In this document: positions 8,144 to 19,135 of the stretch, in pieces | Numbering within the stretch: the stretch's first letter is position 1 | How the letters are laid out: every line of letters starts with the position of its first letter | The notes under the pieces: generated by a model | What the model saw: only the letters and a program-made list of their open reading frames with translations | Told to the model about the DNA's origin: nothing | Database searches by the model: none | Source of the DNA: a virus | Taxonomy: Duplodnaviria > Caudoviricetes | Strand: one strand, 5' to 3' | Length of the DNA: 56,867 nt | IMG/VR virus record: IMGVR_UViG_3300031774_000017 | Span: 1 to 56,867 of that record | Made by a program: the position numbers and the translations under genes

Positions 8144-8719
8144 ATGGCAATAAGAACTATAACAACCACTGTTGATCCACTTAATGGACAGACTATTAAT
8201 ACTATAACTGGGTTAACGGCTAGTGATACAATTATAGGCACAGTACTTAGAAAGAATATGTGTATTGGTGCATTTAAATACACTGATCAAACATTTTCAT
8301 TAAGTGTTCCAGATGGAAACGTAAATACCTTTACTATACCAAATACAGGTGCAGCAGGTTTACCTCCGGCAAATACAACTTTATTACCAGGAACGGTAAG
8401 TATAGTAGCTAATGGTGCAAATTTCGTTGAAGGGGTAGACTTTACAATTGGTGGTACAGGTAATAGAGTAATTAGTTTTACAAGTACTTATACAGGAAGC
8501 GGTAAAGTAACAACAATAACATTTGATTACTATGATTCCAATGCAGCGAACTTATCATACGATACTAAAGTATTTCCAGATAACTGTAGAGCTACTGCTA
8601 ACTTAGACGGTTATGACATTATATTATGGAATAACGGATTACAATCACAAGAAGTAAAAGCTGGAGTTACTTCAGGTACAGTAAATGCAGTAGTAGAAGC
8701 ATTAATAACAGATCAATAA
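8144..8719 (+). CDS. Putative virion structural protein (beta-rich, 191 aa)
   Basis: T/G/N-rich composition at start of tail cluster. Confidence 0.65.
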   Translation: MAIRTITTTVDPLNGQTINTITGLTASDTIIGTVLRKNMCIGAFKYTDQTFSLSVPDGNVNTFTIPNTGAAGLPPANTTLLPGTVSIVANGANFVEGVDFTIGGTGNRVISFTSTYTGSGKVTTITFDYYDSNAANLSYDTKVFPDNCRATANLDGYDIILWNNGLQSQEVKAGVTSGTVNAVVEALITDQ

Positions 8720-8730
8720 AAAAAAATAAA

Positions 8731-8880
8731 ATGGCAAAAAATACTGGAACAAGATTACATATGGTAGAAACTTTACCCGGTGTAACAATACAACAAGCAA
8801 ACGTAAAAAATCCTAATCAATCCTTACCTATTACTTGTAAAGTAAAAATGAGTGCAGGTGGGACTAAATTAAAAAAATAA
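8731..8880 (+). CDS. Small hypothetical protein (49 aa)
   Basis: Manually translated MAKNTGTRLHMVETLPGV...; fills gap, stop 1 nt before next ATG. Confidence 0.6.
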   Translation: MAKNTGTRLHMVETLPGVTIQQANVKNPNQSLPITCKVKMSAGGTKLKK

Positions 8881-8881
8881 G

Positions 8882-11005
8882 ATGGCAAAAATCAGTACAT
8901 ATACTATAGACTCTACAATAGAAGGAGATGATAAACTATTAGGTACTGACTCTGCATCCACCTCAGCATTAGCAACTAGGAATTATACAATAGATAGTTT
9001 AAAAGCATATATTAATGGTAATCAGCCTGGTAATATTACAGATGAAATACCATTAGGATTTTTTCTATCTGTAAATAGAGAAGGTACCGCATATGAAAGA
9101 GCTTTAGTTAGAACTTTAGCTGGATCTACATTAAATAATGTGGTATTAAAAAGTGCTACCGTTAATACAGGGTGTGATGTATTTCTTAATACATTAGGAT
9201 CAGGTCAAGTATTTTTAATAATAAGAGATTATAACAACGGGCAATTTGCTGTTGATTATGATTTAGCAGATTTTGCAACTAATTCAGCAACATGGTCTGG
9301 TACAGTTGGTGGTAATCCACATTCAGGTACAATTACATCATTTAATGCACCGGATTTTTCAAATGCAAGTCCAGAGCCTAACTCATCACAATATGTAACA
9401 GTTGGTGGTAACAAATATACAGATTGGTGTTTTAATGTAACACTGGGTTCAGGACAAACATATACAGGTGGGCAAGTAGCTTTTACAGAATTTACATTTC
9501 TTACAGGTTCTACACAAATTGAAACACAAGCTATTGGTACTTTAAAGATTACTAGAAATTTAGAAGTGCCTGATGGTGATGTAACAATAGGTACACAATC
9601 ACCTTTAACAGACCCTAGAAATTTAACTGTATATGGTGATATACAATTACCAACCTCTGAAAGCAGGATAAAATTTGGAGGTAGTACAAACAATGTTTTA
9701 ATGAGTACCGATGGTAATGATCTTACGGTATCTGGTACTGGTACTGGTAAAAATTTAGTTACAAATTCAACTAGATTTACTCAAGACATTGTAAAAGATA
9801 CAAATGCTACATCTACAGATGGTAGAACTATTATGGGTCAAAATACCTTTACTGCTATCAACACAGATGGAACTAGAGGTGTTCTTTCAAACTCAGGTGT
9901 ACAATTACAAGATTCAAGTGGTAATGCTTTATCACAACAGCAAGTATCTGGTAATGCAACACAAGGAGGATTAACAAATCAAGGATATTTAACTTCACTT
10001 AAAGTAGATAATAATTGGTTTCAACTACCAGCACTTAGCTCAGGTGTAGCGGAAGCTTTGCCTGGACTTAGCGAAACTTTAGCTGGACCAACAGGCACAA
10101 TAACTACAGGCCGTTTCTTTTACGGTATTCAAAATGCTGCAGGAGCTTTATTTCAAACAGCATCTTCACCTGCTAGTTTAACTACAGGGGAATCTATCGG
10201 TGCTAATATAACTTCAATAACCGTCGCGTCTGGTAATAGGACAGATTTTGATTCATTGTTTAGTAATATACCAGCGGGTCAAAAATTATATTTTGTTGAA
10301 AGTACATATACAACTCCTTTTCCTTCTGCAGGTGGTCAAATACTTGATCAATCTGTAAATATATATTTGGTGGTTTCATATGATACAGGTACATATATTG
10401 CAACATTTGGTAGACAAGGATATGGTACTTTAAATGTATCTACAAGTACATTTAATATAGATTCAGAAACTGTAAAATTAAATACTATACCACAAGCTTC
10501 TAAATCTAATTATTTATTTTATGATACCGCAACTAAAGCAGTATCTCATAATTCTTTGAATATATTAGCTTCAGCTAATGGTGCAACATATGATTACGGT
10601 GGTAATGTAGATGTTCCAGTAACTTCTATAACTTTTGAAAATCTTCAAATTACAGCACCTGCCAATGGACAAGTTGTATTAAAACAAGGTTATTATTATG
10701 GAGGTGCATATACAAATAGTTTTGTAGCTGTGGACTGGTATCATTATATTTTAGATAATATATCTGCTGATAAAACAGTAACTTTACCAGTGGGTGCTGC
10801 TTGTAGTAGTATTAGATTTACAAATATGTCTTCACTAAATTCAAGTGGAGTATATACACCTTCATCTTTTACGTGGACAATAAACCCAAATGGGTCAGAA
10901 AAAATAATGAGATCTACATCACTTGTGCTTGATGAATCAACAGCTTCATTTGAGCTGTTTTATTCAGATGCAAGTAATGGTTGGATCGTAAATGGAATAA
11001 GCTAA
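8882..11005 (+). CDS. Tail fibre/spike protein (707 aa)
   Basis: N-terminal MAKISTY...DKLLGTD anchor shared with 13675 gene; beta-rich body; C-terminal TVTLP...FELFYSDASNGW domain. Confidence 0.75.
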   Translation: MAKISTYTIDSTIEGDDKLLGTDSASTSALATRNYTIDSLKAYINGNQPGNITDEIPLGFFLSVNREGTAYERALVRTLAGSTLNNVVLKSATVNTGCDVFLNTLGSGQVFLIIRDYNNGQFAVDYDLADFATNSATWSGTVGGNPHSGTITSFNAPDFSNASPEPNSSQYVTVGGNKYTDWCFNVTLGSGQTYTGGQVAFTEFTFLTGSTQIETQAIGTLKITRNLEVPDGDVTIGTQSPLTDPRNLTVYGDIQLPTSESRIKFGGSTNNVLMSTDGNDLTVSGTGTGKNLVTNSTRFTQDIVKDTNATSTDGRTIMGQNTFTAINTDGTRGVLSNSGVQLQDSSGNALSQQQVSGNATQGGLTNQGYLTSLKVDNNWFQLPALSSGVAEALPGLSETLAGPTGTITTGRFFYGIQNAAGALFQTASSPASLTTGESIGANITSITVASGNRTDFDSLFSNIPAGQKLYFVESTYTTPFPSAGGQILDQSVNIYLVVSYDTGTYIATFGRQGYGTLNVSTSTFNIDSETVKLNTIPQASKSNYLFYDTATKAVSHNSLNILASANGATYDYGGNVDVPVTSITFENLQITAPANGQVVLKQGYYYGGAYTNSFVAVDWYHYILDNISADKTVTLPVGAACSSIRFTNMSSLNSSGVYTPSSFTWTINPNGSEKIMRSTSLVLDESTASFELFYSDASNGWIVNGIS

Positions 11006-11322
11006 TGGGACTAACAATAGATATGCCAACTGCTGGCCTTTTAGGAATAACTAATGCCGCAACAGCTAATATAATAAATACAACCGCTACATTAACAAAA
11101 AGTTCTGTTAATATATTACAAGGTAGTGTAAATTATACTATAACGTTTCCTTCTTCTAATTTATCAGCTGGTGATGAAATAGTACTTAAAAAATTAGGTA
11201 CTGCTACAGTTACTGTTGCAAGTACATTAATAGAAGGAACAAATCAAACAATAACAATAACTAACAATCAACCAATAAGATGTTTGTACGTAAACAATAC
11301 TTTTGGATGGGTAATAACTTAA
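11005..11322 (+). CDS. Small tail-associated protein
   Basis: ATG at 11005 (TAATG); TITFP...GDEIVLKK...FGWVI resembles the C-terminal domain of the upstream fibre. Confidence 0.65.
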   Translation: MGLTIDMPTAGLLGITNAATANIINTTATLTKSSVNILQGSVNYTITFPSSNLSAGDEIVLKKLGTATVTVASTLIEGTNQTITITNNQPIRCLYVNNTFGWVIT

Positions 11323-11326
11323 GGCC

Positions 11327-11539
11327 ATGCCAGATATAAAAACTTTTTATCCGGGTGCTACAGCTAGTAACCCTATAAACAATTCTACAGATGCTGTAAA
11401 TTCAACTACAGCTACAACAGCAACAAATGTTGATGATCAAAATTCTGCTAATAATATTAAAGTATGGGCAGGAACTAAAGTTCAATATGATGCTGTAAAT
11501 CCAAAAGATGCAAATACTCTTTACTTAGCAACAGAATAA
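11327..11539 (+). CDS. Short tail-fibre adaptor protein (WAGTKVQYDA...DANTLY)
   Basis: Motif shared with 12415 gene. Confidence 0.65.
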   Translation: MPDIKTFYPGATASNPINNSTDAVNSTTATTATNVDDQNSANNIKVWAGTKVQYDAVNPKDANTLYLATE

Positions 11540-11541
11540 TT

Positions 11542-12402
11542 ATGGCAATATATTTAGGAACAAACAATTTAGCGGGAATTGGAGGAGGAGGCCAGCAAGA
11601 TAACAATGGTACTATAACACCTTTACCTTATCCAGACATATCACAAATGCCTGTAGTGGCTTTTACATATGGTTCAGTAGCTGCATCTTTAAGTAATCAA
11701 GCGGCACTTACATCTGTATCAGGAAATATAATTGATAATACTTCTTCAAATTATTTTACGCATACAACTCCAGCTACAAATGCTGCGGTAACAAATCAAG
11801 ATGTATTAAACATAAGCAATGCTAATGGCGGAGCATTAACAAGTTTAATTATATCTTCAAATCAAGCTGTAACTGGAAATAGTAATAATTCAGGAACACA
11901 AGCTCTTAGTGTGGATGTTATTATAGATGGTACAACAACTACTTTTGTAGTACCAAGAAAAGGAGCTTATGCTAATAGTTCTTATACTGCATATGGTACT
12001 ATGTGGTGCGGTTTTGGTGGATATAATTTAATAGCACTTGGTGGCAAAAGAGAATATGCAGGAGGTAGCTCAGCTTATGCTTATGCTTATACTACATATA
12101 GTCCTACTTATCAAACCCTGCCTGATTTAGGATGGGTTGGAACTACAGGAGGAAATACAGTAACTTTTAATAATAGTAATAATAATTTAATACATGTTAC
12201 TAAAGCAGATGCTACCGGTGGTTTGAATTCAAGTGCAGATACTAATTTTAGATATGTTCAACTTCCTGTAAAAACACATTTTGGACTTGGATTACCTTGG
12301 TTAAAATTTAATAGTACACTTCAAATAAGATATTCTAGAGCCGTGGATTCTTGGACAAATCCTGGAAGTGCTATATTCTATGGACAGAAATTTACTTTTT
12401 AA
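11542..12402 (+). CDS. Putative tail fibre/receptor-binding protein (286 aa)
   Basis: S/T/N/G-rich; follows adaptor gene. Confidence 0.65.
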   Translation: MAIYLGTNNLAGIGGGGQQDNNGTITPLPYPDISQMPVVAFTYGSVAASLSNQAALTSVSGNIIDNTSSNYFTHTTPATNAAVTNQDVLNISNANGGALTSLIISSNQAVTGNSNNSGTQALSVDVIIDGTTTTFVVPRKGAYANSSYTAYGTMWCGFGGYNLIALGGKREYAGGSSAYAYAYTTYSPTYQTLPDLGWVGTTGGNTVTFNNSNNNLIHVTKADATGGLNSSADTNFRYVQLPVKTHFGLGLPWLKFNSTLQIRYSRAVDSWTNPGSAIFYGQKFTF

Positions 12403-12414
12403 AATAAAAACATA

Positions 12415-12804
12415 ATGGCAAATATAACAAATATAATTGGGGGCCAACCATATCTAGATGCCGCAACAGGCAACATGAAGAACAAACTTCTAAATTTTTG
12501 GAAAGGTACACAAGCACAATATGATGCATTAAAACAAACAGCAGCAACTACTGCTAGTAATCCTGCAGCTGTATCTAGTGTAGATTTTACAGTTACAAGT
12601 TCTTCAGCTTTTACAGTTGGAGATATTGTATATGTTACAGGTACAGCACCGGGAAATACTACAAGAACACAAGGAACAGTTAGTAGTATACCTGATGCAA
12701 CAAGTGTTGTAGTTGGTTTTACACCTGCTTATACTTCTGCATCTAGTACTGGTTATCAAATTGATTTGTATGACCCTAAAACATTTTATATAATAACAGC
12801 TTAA
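12415..12804 (+). CDS. Tail-fibre adaptor protein with internal insertion
   Basis: FWKGTQAQYDAL ... YDPKTFYII motif halves separated by a ~70 aa beta domain. Confidence 0.65.
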   Translation: MANITNIIGGQPYLDAATGNMKNKLLNFWKGTQAQYDALKQTAATTASNPAAVSSVDFTVTSSSAFTVGDIVYVTGTAPGNTTRTQGTVSSIPDATSVVVGFTPAYTSASSTGYQIDLYDPKTFYIITA

Positions 12805-12805
12805 T

Positions 12806-13669
12806 ATGCCAACAAATGTAGGTTCAGAAGCACTTTCCGCTTTAAAAGTAGGCGAGTCAACAGTATCTAAAGCATATGTTGGTCATAATCAAATATTTCC
12901 AAATAGTACAGAAATAACGGCATTACAAATGGTTAGTGCACATTCAGCAAATTTTAATACTAGTTCTACTGGTGCTTTCCCAAATTCTGGGTCATCTGGT
13001 CAAGGAGTTAGTGGGGGATACTTGCCTAGAATTAATGTAACTGGAGAAATAGGATCTCAGTTTTCAATTGTTGGTACTAGTAATGGTAGCTGGGCAAACG
13101 GTTCATTTTCTTCAGGTATATATACATTAGTAACATCACCTCAAGGATTTGGATTTGATAGTGCAGCTAATCCTGGAATTGGTAGTATTCCGAGTAATAA
13201 CAATTGTGATGATCCTCAAAGAAATGTAACATTTACAGTAACCCCGGAAGGAAGCACTGTGTTTGCGGGTGGTGTAAATGGAGCTTTAACTTTACCTCAA
13301 GATCCAGGGCTTGTAACTAGTAATTATACAGCTAGCCCTTTAAGTATAGATTGTTCATTAACAACCCCATTAGCTTCATCTAAAACAACTATAGGAAGTA
13401 CAGTATATTGGGTACAAGGTGCTTCTTGGAATATAACTTGGAGTTTTGGAGGAACGTATGTAACAAATGCTTCTTTAAGTGCTTTTGGTAGTGGTACATT
13501 TGGTGGTACAACACCTTCAGGTACTTCAGGAAGTGGAACAGCTACTTGGACACAAACTTCTTCTCAATTATCACAAGTAACATTTTCTATATATGTTAAT
13601 TCAAGTGGTTGTAATAATGCTACTAACTCTCCAGCACAAGTAACTAGACTTGGAGGACAAACTCCTTAA
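12806..13669 (+). CDS. Putative tail fibre/receptor-binding protein (287 aa)
   Basis: N-terminal LKVGESTVSKAYVGHNQIFP motif typical of distal fibre subunits; S/T/G-rich. Confidence 0.65.
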   Translation: MPTNVGSEALSALKVGESTVSKAYVGHNQIFPNSTEITALQMVSAHSANFNTSSTGAFPNSGSSGQGVSGGYLPRINVTGEIGSQFSIVGTSNGSWANGSFSSGIYTLVTSPQGFGFDSAANPGIGSIPSNNNCDDPQRNVTFTVTPEGSTVFAGGVNGALTLPQDPGLVTSNYTASPLSIDCSLTTPLASSKTTIGSTVYWVQGASWNITWSFGGTYVTNASLSAFGSGTFGGTTPSGTSGSGTATWTQTSSQLSQVTFSIYVNSSGCNNATNSPAQVTRLGGQTP

Positions 13670-13674
13670 AATAA

Positions 13675-14373
13675 ATGGCAAGAATAAAACTATATCCAAA
13701 AGATACATCAATAACAGGTGGAGATAAACTTGTTGGAACAGACGTTGCTGGTGACAATGTAACCAAGAACTTTCAGATAGAAGATCTTGCTCAATACTTT
13801 GAACAAACTGGTAATACTTTATTTCAATATAATTTTGCAGGAAAATATAGTAATGAAACTATATCTTCTGGACAATATAGATACCAAGTTGATCCTTCTG
13901 CACCAACTATTTATGGATGGGCTAATATAACAGGTATAGCGATAAGTAGATACAATAGGAACGGTGAAGATGTTACACCAATGATTCCTCTGTTAGTTAA
14001 TCAAATAATAAAAATTACAGATATAGCAACCTCAGCTAGTTTAGGTTATGGCTTATATCAGGTAACATCATCAACATCTTTAAGCAGCGGAGGTGCATAC
14101 TTATTAACACTTACTTTAAAAGGAGCTTCCAGTGATGTTGACAATGGTATTATATCAATAGCACCGTTTGGAGTTGAAGGATATGAATATACTTTTACTC
14201 AAAGCGCTGCAGCTTCAACATGGACAATAACACATAATTTAGGAAGATTTCCTAGTGTTTCTACTGTTGATTCAGCTGGTAGTATAATAAATGGTGCAGT
14301 AACTTATACAAATGAAAATGTAATAACCGTTGTGTTTACATCGGCAACAAGTGGAAAAGCATACTTAAACTAA
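13675..14373 (+). CDS. Tail fibre-related protein (232 aa)
   Basis: N-terminal DKLVGTD anchor; C-terminal WTITHNLGRFPSV domain. Confidence 0.7.
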   Translation: MARIKLYPKDTSITGGDKLVGTDVAGDNVTKNFQIEDLAQYFEQTGNTLFQYNFAGKYSNETISSGQYRYQVDPSAPTIYGWANITGIAISRYNRNGEDVTPMIPLLVNQIIKITDIATSASLGYGLYQVTSSTSLSSGGAYLLTLTLKGASSDVDNGIISIAPFGVEGYEYTFTQSAAASTWTITHNLGRFPSVSTVDSAGSIINGAVTYTNENVITVVFTSATSGKAYLN

Positions 14374-14379
14374 TAAAAA

Positions 14380-15387
14380 ATGGCAATAAAATATTTAAAC
14401 AATCTTGATTTAAACAAGAATCAGCTACAAAATGCTGTTATACAAGTACTTGGTACTGCGCCTTCAAATCCTGTTTCAGGTCAAATATATTATAATTCAT
14501 CGGACAATTTAGTATATTATTATAATGGTACTTCTTTTAAATCATTTTCAGGTGATATAGAGTCAATAACTACAAGTACAGCAAACCAATTATTAATAAC
14601 TAATGATACAGGGCCAATACCAAGTTTAGCTATTGTTACAGGTTCAGTTGTAAATAGTGGTACTGCTTTAGCTACAGGCGATCAAATATATGATTTTGTA
14701 ATTGGAACTCCTATAAGTTCATTAGCTACAGCTACTGCTGATGTTGATCTTGGTAGTAATAAATTAATTAATGTTACAGACCCAGCAGCAGCACAAGATG
14801 CAGCAACTAAAGCATATGTAGATGCAGCTGTAGTTGGTGGTTTAACATATAAAGGCGGTTATAATGCTTCTACAAATTCACCAGATTTAGATACAGGTAG
14901 TAATATAGCTGTAACACAAGGAGATACATATACTGTTACTGCTGATGGTACATTTTTTACTGAACAAGTTAGAATAGGTGACTTTTTAATTGCTGAAGAA
15001 GACATGGCCGCCTCAGGTGGTAGTGCTTTATCAAAATGGACTGTAGTACAAAGTAATATAGATTTAGCAACAGCTGCAGCAACTGATGGTGCAACAGTAA
15101 AAGGTATTTCAGGTTATGATTCAGCAGATTTTTCAGTAAATGCAAATGGCTGGGTACAATTAGCAACAAAACAATTTGCGGCATCAATTGGTGATGGTAC
15201 AAATACAAGTTATACAGTAACTCATAATTTAGGTTCTTTAGATGTAATAGTACAATTATATGATGTATCTTCAAATGATACTGTAATTGCAGATATTGTA
15301 AGAACATCAACTAATGTTGTAACAGTTAGTTTTTCTGTAGCACCTACAACAAATGATATTAGAGTACTTATACAAAAAATAGGATAA
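14380..15387 (+). CDS. Tail fibre protein (335 aa)
   Basis: APSNPVSGQIYYNS, DPAAAQDAATKAYVD fibre repeats, C-terminal VTHNLG domain. Confidence 0.75.
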   Translation: MAIKYLNNLDLNKNQLQNAVIQVLGTAPSNPVSGQIYYNSSDNLVYYYNGTSFKSFSGDIESITTSTANQLLITNDTGPIPSLAIVTGSVVNSGTALATGDQIYDFVIGTPISSLATATADVDLGSNKLINVTDPAAAQDAATKAYVDAAVVGGLTYKGGYNASTNSPDLDTGSNIAVTQGDTYTVTADGTFFTEQVRIGDFLIAEEDMAASGGSALSKWTVVQSNIDLATAAATDGATVKGISGYDSADFSVNANGWVQLATKQFAASIGDGTNTSYTVTHNLGSLDVIVQLYDVSSNDTVIADIVRTSTNVVTVSFSVAPTTNDIRVLIQKIG

Positions 15388-15397
15388 TAAATAATAT

Positions 15398-17791
15398 ATG
15401 GGTATTAAGTTTCAATCACCGATAGATCTTTCGGCACATAGAGCTATACGATATAATAGCGCTGCCCAGACTTTAGTAGTTACAGTCGCAACTAAAACTG
15501 CAGCTCACCCAGAATATGGAAATGGAAGTACAGATGGTTATGTTGTAGATGGTATTGAAGGTCCTTATTTAGAATTTACACCTGGTAATACATATAAGTT
15601 CGATCAATCGGATAATTCAAATAGCAATCATCCACTTAGATTTTATGAAGATGCTGCAAAAACAACAGCATATACCACAGGTGTAACAACTAATGGTGTA
15701 CCTGGACAATCAGGTGCTTATACCCAAATAGTACCAACAACTTCTGTACCTCCCATATTATATTATCAATGTAGTAGTCATTCCTTAATGGGAAGTTACG
15801 TTAAATTTGGTACAGGATCACAGGGTGATACATATACATTAAGTGCTAGCCAAGATGGCGATAATGTTGATATATTATTAGATGCAGGTACTGGTACTGA
15901 TTCAACTGTACAATTAACAGCTGGTTCAAATGTAACACTTACTAGAAACAATGCTCAAGAAGTAACTATTGCTGCATCAGGAGGTGGTGGTGGCACAGGT
16001 ACAGTAAGTGTACAAAAAAATGTATACACTGGTAATGGTTCAACAACAACATTTAATACAAGTACAGCTATTGTTAATGAAAATAATGTACAGGTATATA
16101 TAGATGGTGTTTATCAATCTAAAGATAATTATACTACAAGTGGAAGTACAGTTACAATGGCAACTGCTCCTGGAAATGGTACATCTGTTGAGCTTATTCA
16201 TTTTATTACTTTAAGTGGTAATGTTGTAGCGGTCGATACTTTTAATGCTAATGGTGTAACAACTACTTTTAATCTTACTTTATCTGTTAGTGATAAAAAC
16301 AATACTCAAGTATATATAGACGGTGTTTATCAAGATAAATCCACATACTCAGTTAATGGTAGTAATATAACTTTTTCCCCAGCCCCTGGTAATGGAGCTA
16401 AAGTAGAAGTAGTACAATTAAAACCTTCAACTTCATCAACTGGTATAAATTCAAATGTTTTTACAGGAACCGGAAGTGCTGTTGATTTTACATTATCACA
16501 ATCACTTACAAATGAAAATAATACATTTGTATTTATACAAGGTGTATATCAAGAAAAATCAACATATTCTATAGCAGGTACAACTTTAACATTTAGTACT
16601 GCACCTCAAAATGGTTATAGTATTGAAGTAATGGCTTTTGATAGTATAACAATTGGTAATCAATCTAGTCCTGGCACTGATTGGCAAACCGCTATAAAAA
16701 CTTCAAATTTTACAGCTGCTGCTGGAGATGGATACTTTGTTAATACAACTTCAAGTTCAGTAACTGTCACTTTACCTACACCTCCTACTGTTGGGAATGA
16801 GGTAGTAATACAAGACTATGCTGGAACATTTGATACTAATGAATTAATATTAGTTAGTAGTGATAAAATACAAGGTAGAGACACTAATGCTAAGTGTATT
16901 ATTGAAAATGCAACTGTAAGATTAATATATCAAGATACAACTCAAGGTTGGACTGCAGATAATATAGTAGATATTCCTCTTACACGAACTGCAAACTTTT
17001 TAGTTGTAGCCGGTGGCGGTGGTGCCGGAAGAAATGACACATACTACGGTGGTGGTGGTGGTGGTGGAGGTTTTAGATCTTCAACAGACGGTAGAGGAGG
17101 AGGACAATCTTCTGATACAGCATTACAATTAACACCATCAACTAATTATACTGTAACTGTAGGTGGTGGTGGTGCAGAAGGTACAAGTGGTACAGATAAA
17201 GGAACTACAGGTTCAGATTCTGTTTTTGGTACTATAACTTCTAAAGGTGGAGGTGGTGCTGGTGCTTATGATGCAACAGGTAACGCTTTAGATGGTGGCT
17301 CCGGTGGTGGAGGTGGTGGTAATGACCAAGCAAATACAGGGGGTAGTGCTTTAACTTCTCCTGCTATATCAGGATATGATGGTGGTGATGTTGCTGCAGG
17401 ATCTGGTGAAGGTGGTGCTGGTGGTGGTGGTGCTGGTAGTGCTGGTGTAAATGCAACTACTACAAGTGGGACAAATGGAGGAGCTGCAAAAGCTGCAACT
17501 ATTACAGGCTCTACTGTATATTATGCTGCCGGTGGTGGTGGTAAAAGAGGTTGGCAAGGAAGTCATGGATCTGCAGGCTCAAACGCAGTTGGAGGTGCTA
17601 ACTCTGGTGATGGAGGTACTCCACCTGGAGCTACTTCTGCTGCAAACGGTCAATCAGGTAAAGTAATATTAAAATATGACAGTTCTTACACACTTACAAT
17701 TGGTGCAGGATTAACCAGTTCAACTGCTACATCTGGTTCTGATAAAATAACAACATTTACAGCAGGAACAGGAAATATATCAATTAATTAA
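15398..17791 (+). CDS. Multidomain tail protein: cupredoxin-like N-domain, 3 tandem ~75-aa repeats, Gly-rich C-domain
   Basis: NHPLRF...YYQCSSHSLMG; three VYIDGVYQ/VFIQGVYQ repeats; LVVAGGGG...SGKVILKY Gly-rich domain. Confidence 0.75.
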   Translation: MGIKFQSPIDLSAHRAIRYNSAAQTLVVTVATKTAAHPEYGNGSTDGYVVDGIEGPYLEFTPGNTYKFDQSDNSNSNHPLRFYEDAAKTTAYTTGVTTNGVPGQSGAYTQIVPTTSVPPILYYQCSSHSLMGSYVKFGTGSQGDTYTLSASQDGDNVDILLDAGTGTDSTVQLTAGSNVTLTRNNAQEVTIAASGGGGGTGTVSVQKNVYTGNGSTTTFNTSTAIVNENNVQVYIDGVYQSKDNYTTSGSTVTMATAPGNGTSVELIHFITLSGNVVAVDTFNANGVTTTFNLTLSVSDKNNTQVYIDGVYQDKSTYSVNGSNITFSPAPGNGAKVEVVQLKPSTSSTGINSNVFTGTGSAVDFTLSQSLTNENNTFVFIQGVYQEKSTYSIAGTTLTFSTAPQNGYSIEVMAFDSITIGNQSSPGTDWQTAIKTSNFTAAAGDGYFVNTTSSSVTVTLPTPPTVGNEVVIQDYAGTFDTNELILVSSDKIQGRDTNAKCIIENATVRLIYQDTTQGWTADNIVDIPLTRTANFLVVAGGGGAGRNDTYYGGGGGGGGFRSSTDGRGGGQSSDTALQLTPSTNYTVTVGGGGAEGTSGTDKGTTGSDSVFGTITSKGGGGAGAYDATGNALDGGSGGGGGGNDQANTGGSALTSPAISGYDGGDVAAGSGEGGAGGGGAGSAGVNATTTSGTNGGAAKAATITGSTVYYAAGGGGKRGWQGSHGSAGSNAVGGANSGDGGTPPGATSAANGQSGKVILKYDSSYTLTIGAGLTSSTATSGSDKITTFTAGTGNISIN

Positions 17792-19135
17792 TAATTATGG
17801 GACATTACGCTTTTTTAAATATGCAAAATATCGTTACTGAAGTAATAACAGGTAAAGACGAAACTGATGGTCCTACAAACTGGGAAATACATTATGGCAA
17901 TCTTCGTGAACAAGTTTGTAAAAGAACATCATATAATACTTTAGGTGGGGTGCACTCACAAGGAGAAACTCCTTTTAGAAAAAATTATGCAGGAATTGGG
18001 TACACTTATGATTTTGGTAGAGATGCTTTTATTCCACCTAAGCCATTCCCTAGTTGGACACTAGATTCAAATACATGCTTATGGGTAGCCCCTGTGGAAA
18101 TGCCATCTGATGGTAAATTATACACATGGGACGAAGAAAATCAAATTTGGGTAGAAGATGGCACAAACTAAAGTAAAATATCCAGGTTTAATAGATTTTG
18201 AAACTGTAGACTGCGAATATTTAGTCGTTGCAGGTGGTGGCGGTGCTAGTGTAAATAGAGGTACAGGTGGTGGCGGAGCAGGAGGTTTAAGAACTGCTTT
18301 TGGATCAACATCTGGTGGTGGTGCTAGTGCTGAAACTAATTTAACTCTTGATTTAAGTACAAATTATACAGTAACCGTTGGAGGTGGAGGTGCTGCTGCA
18401 GCTAGTAATGCTGCTGCTGGCGGTAATGGTTCTAATTCTGTATTTAGTACAATAACCTCTACTGGTGGTGGAGGTGGGCCCTCGGGTAGTTCAACAGGCG
18501 GTAATAATGGTGGTTCTGGTAGTGGAGGTGGTTCCGTGTCAAGCACTAAACATGCACCCGGTTCAGGAACTGCTAATCAAGGATATGCGGGTGGAGTTTA
18601 TACTGCTCCCGGAGGAAATGATGAAGGTGGCGGTGGAGGTGGCGGTGCTGGTGCAGTCGGTAGTGCAGGTACAACAATAGGTGGTAATGCATATGGTGGG
18701 GCCGGTGGTGTAGGCTTAGCTGTAAATATATTAAATACTACAAATGCAGGAACAGCATCTGTTGGTGAAGTAAATGGCGGTTCAGTATTTTTTGCCGGCG
18801 GTGGCGGTGGTGGATTTATGGATTACGGTCAAACCATTCCTTCAAATAGAGGTGGTGATGGTGGTACAGGCGGCGGCGGTAATGGTGGTGGTGGTCCATC
18901 ATCAATAACATTTGCAGCAGCAGCAGGAACCGTAAACACAGGAGGTGCTGCAGGTGGTGCTGGAGCTAATGTTAGTACTGGTTCAAAAGCAGGAGGCTCA
19001 GGTGTTGTAATATTAAGATACCCTTCAAGCTTTACATTAACAGCAGGAGCAGGATTAACACAATCATCAGGATCTCCTTTTACAGAAAGTGGATCTAAAA
19101 TATCTGTATTTACAGCAGGAACAGGAAATATATCA
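17755..19135 (+). repeat. 28-bp identical direct repeat at 17755-17782 and 19108-19135
   Basis: atttacagcaggaacaggaaatatatca at the 3' ends of two Gly-rich genes. Confidence 0.85.
17797..18171 (+). CDS. Small partner of Gly-rich protein (MGHYA...FRKNYAGIG...DAFIPPKP), copy 1
   Basis: Paralog of 20427 gene; follows a Gly-rich gene. Confidence 0.8.
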   Translation: MGHYAFLNMQNIVTEVITGKDETDGPTNWEIHYGNLREQVCKRTSYNTLGGVHSQGETPFRKNYAGIGYTYDFGRDAFIPPKPFPSWTLDSNTCLWVAPVEMPSDGKLYTWDEENQIWVEDGTN

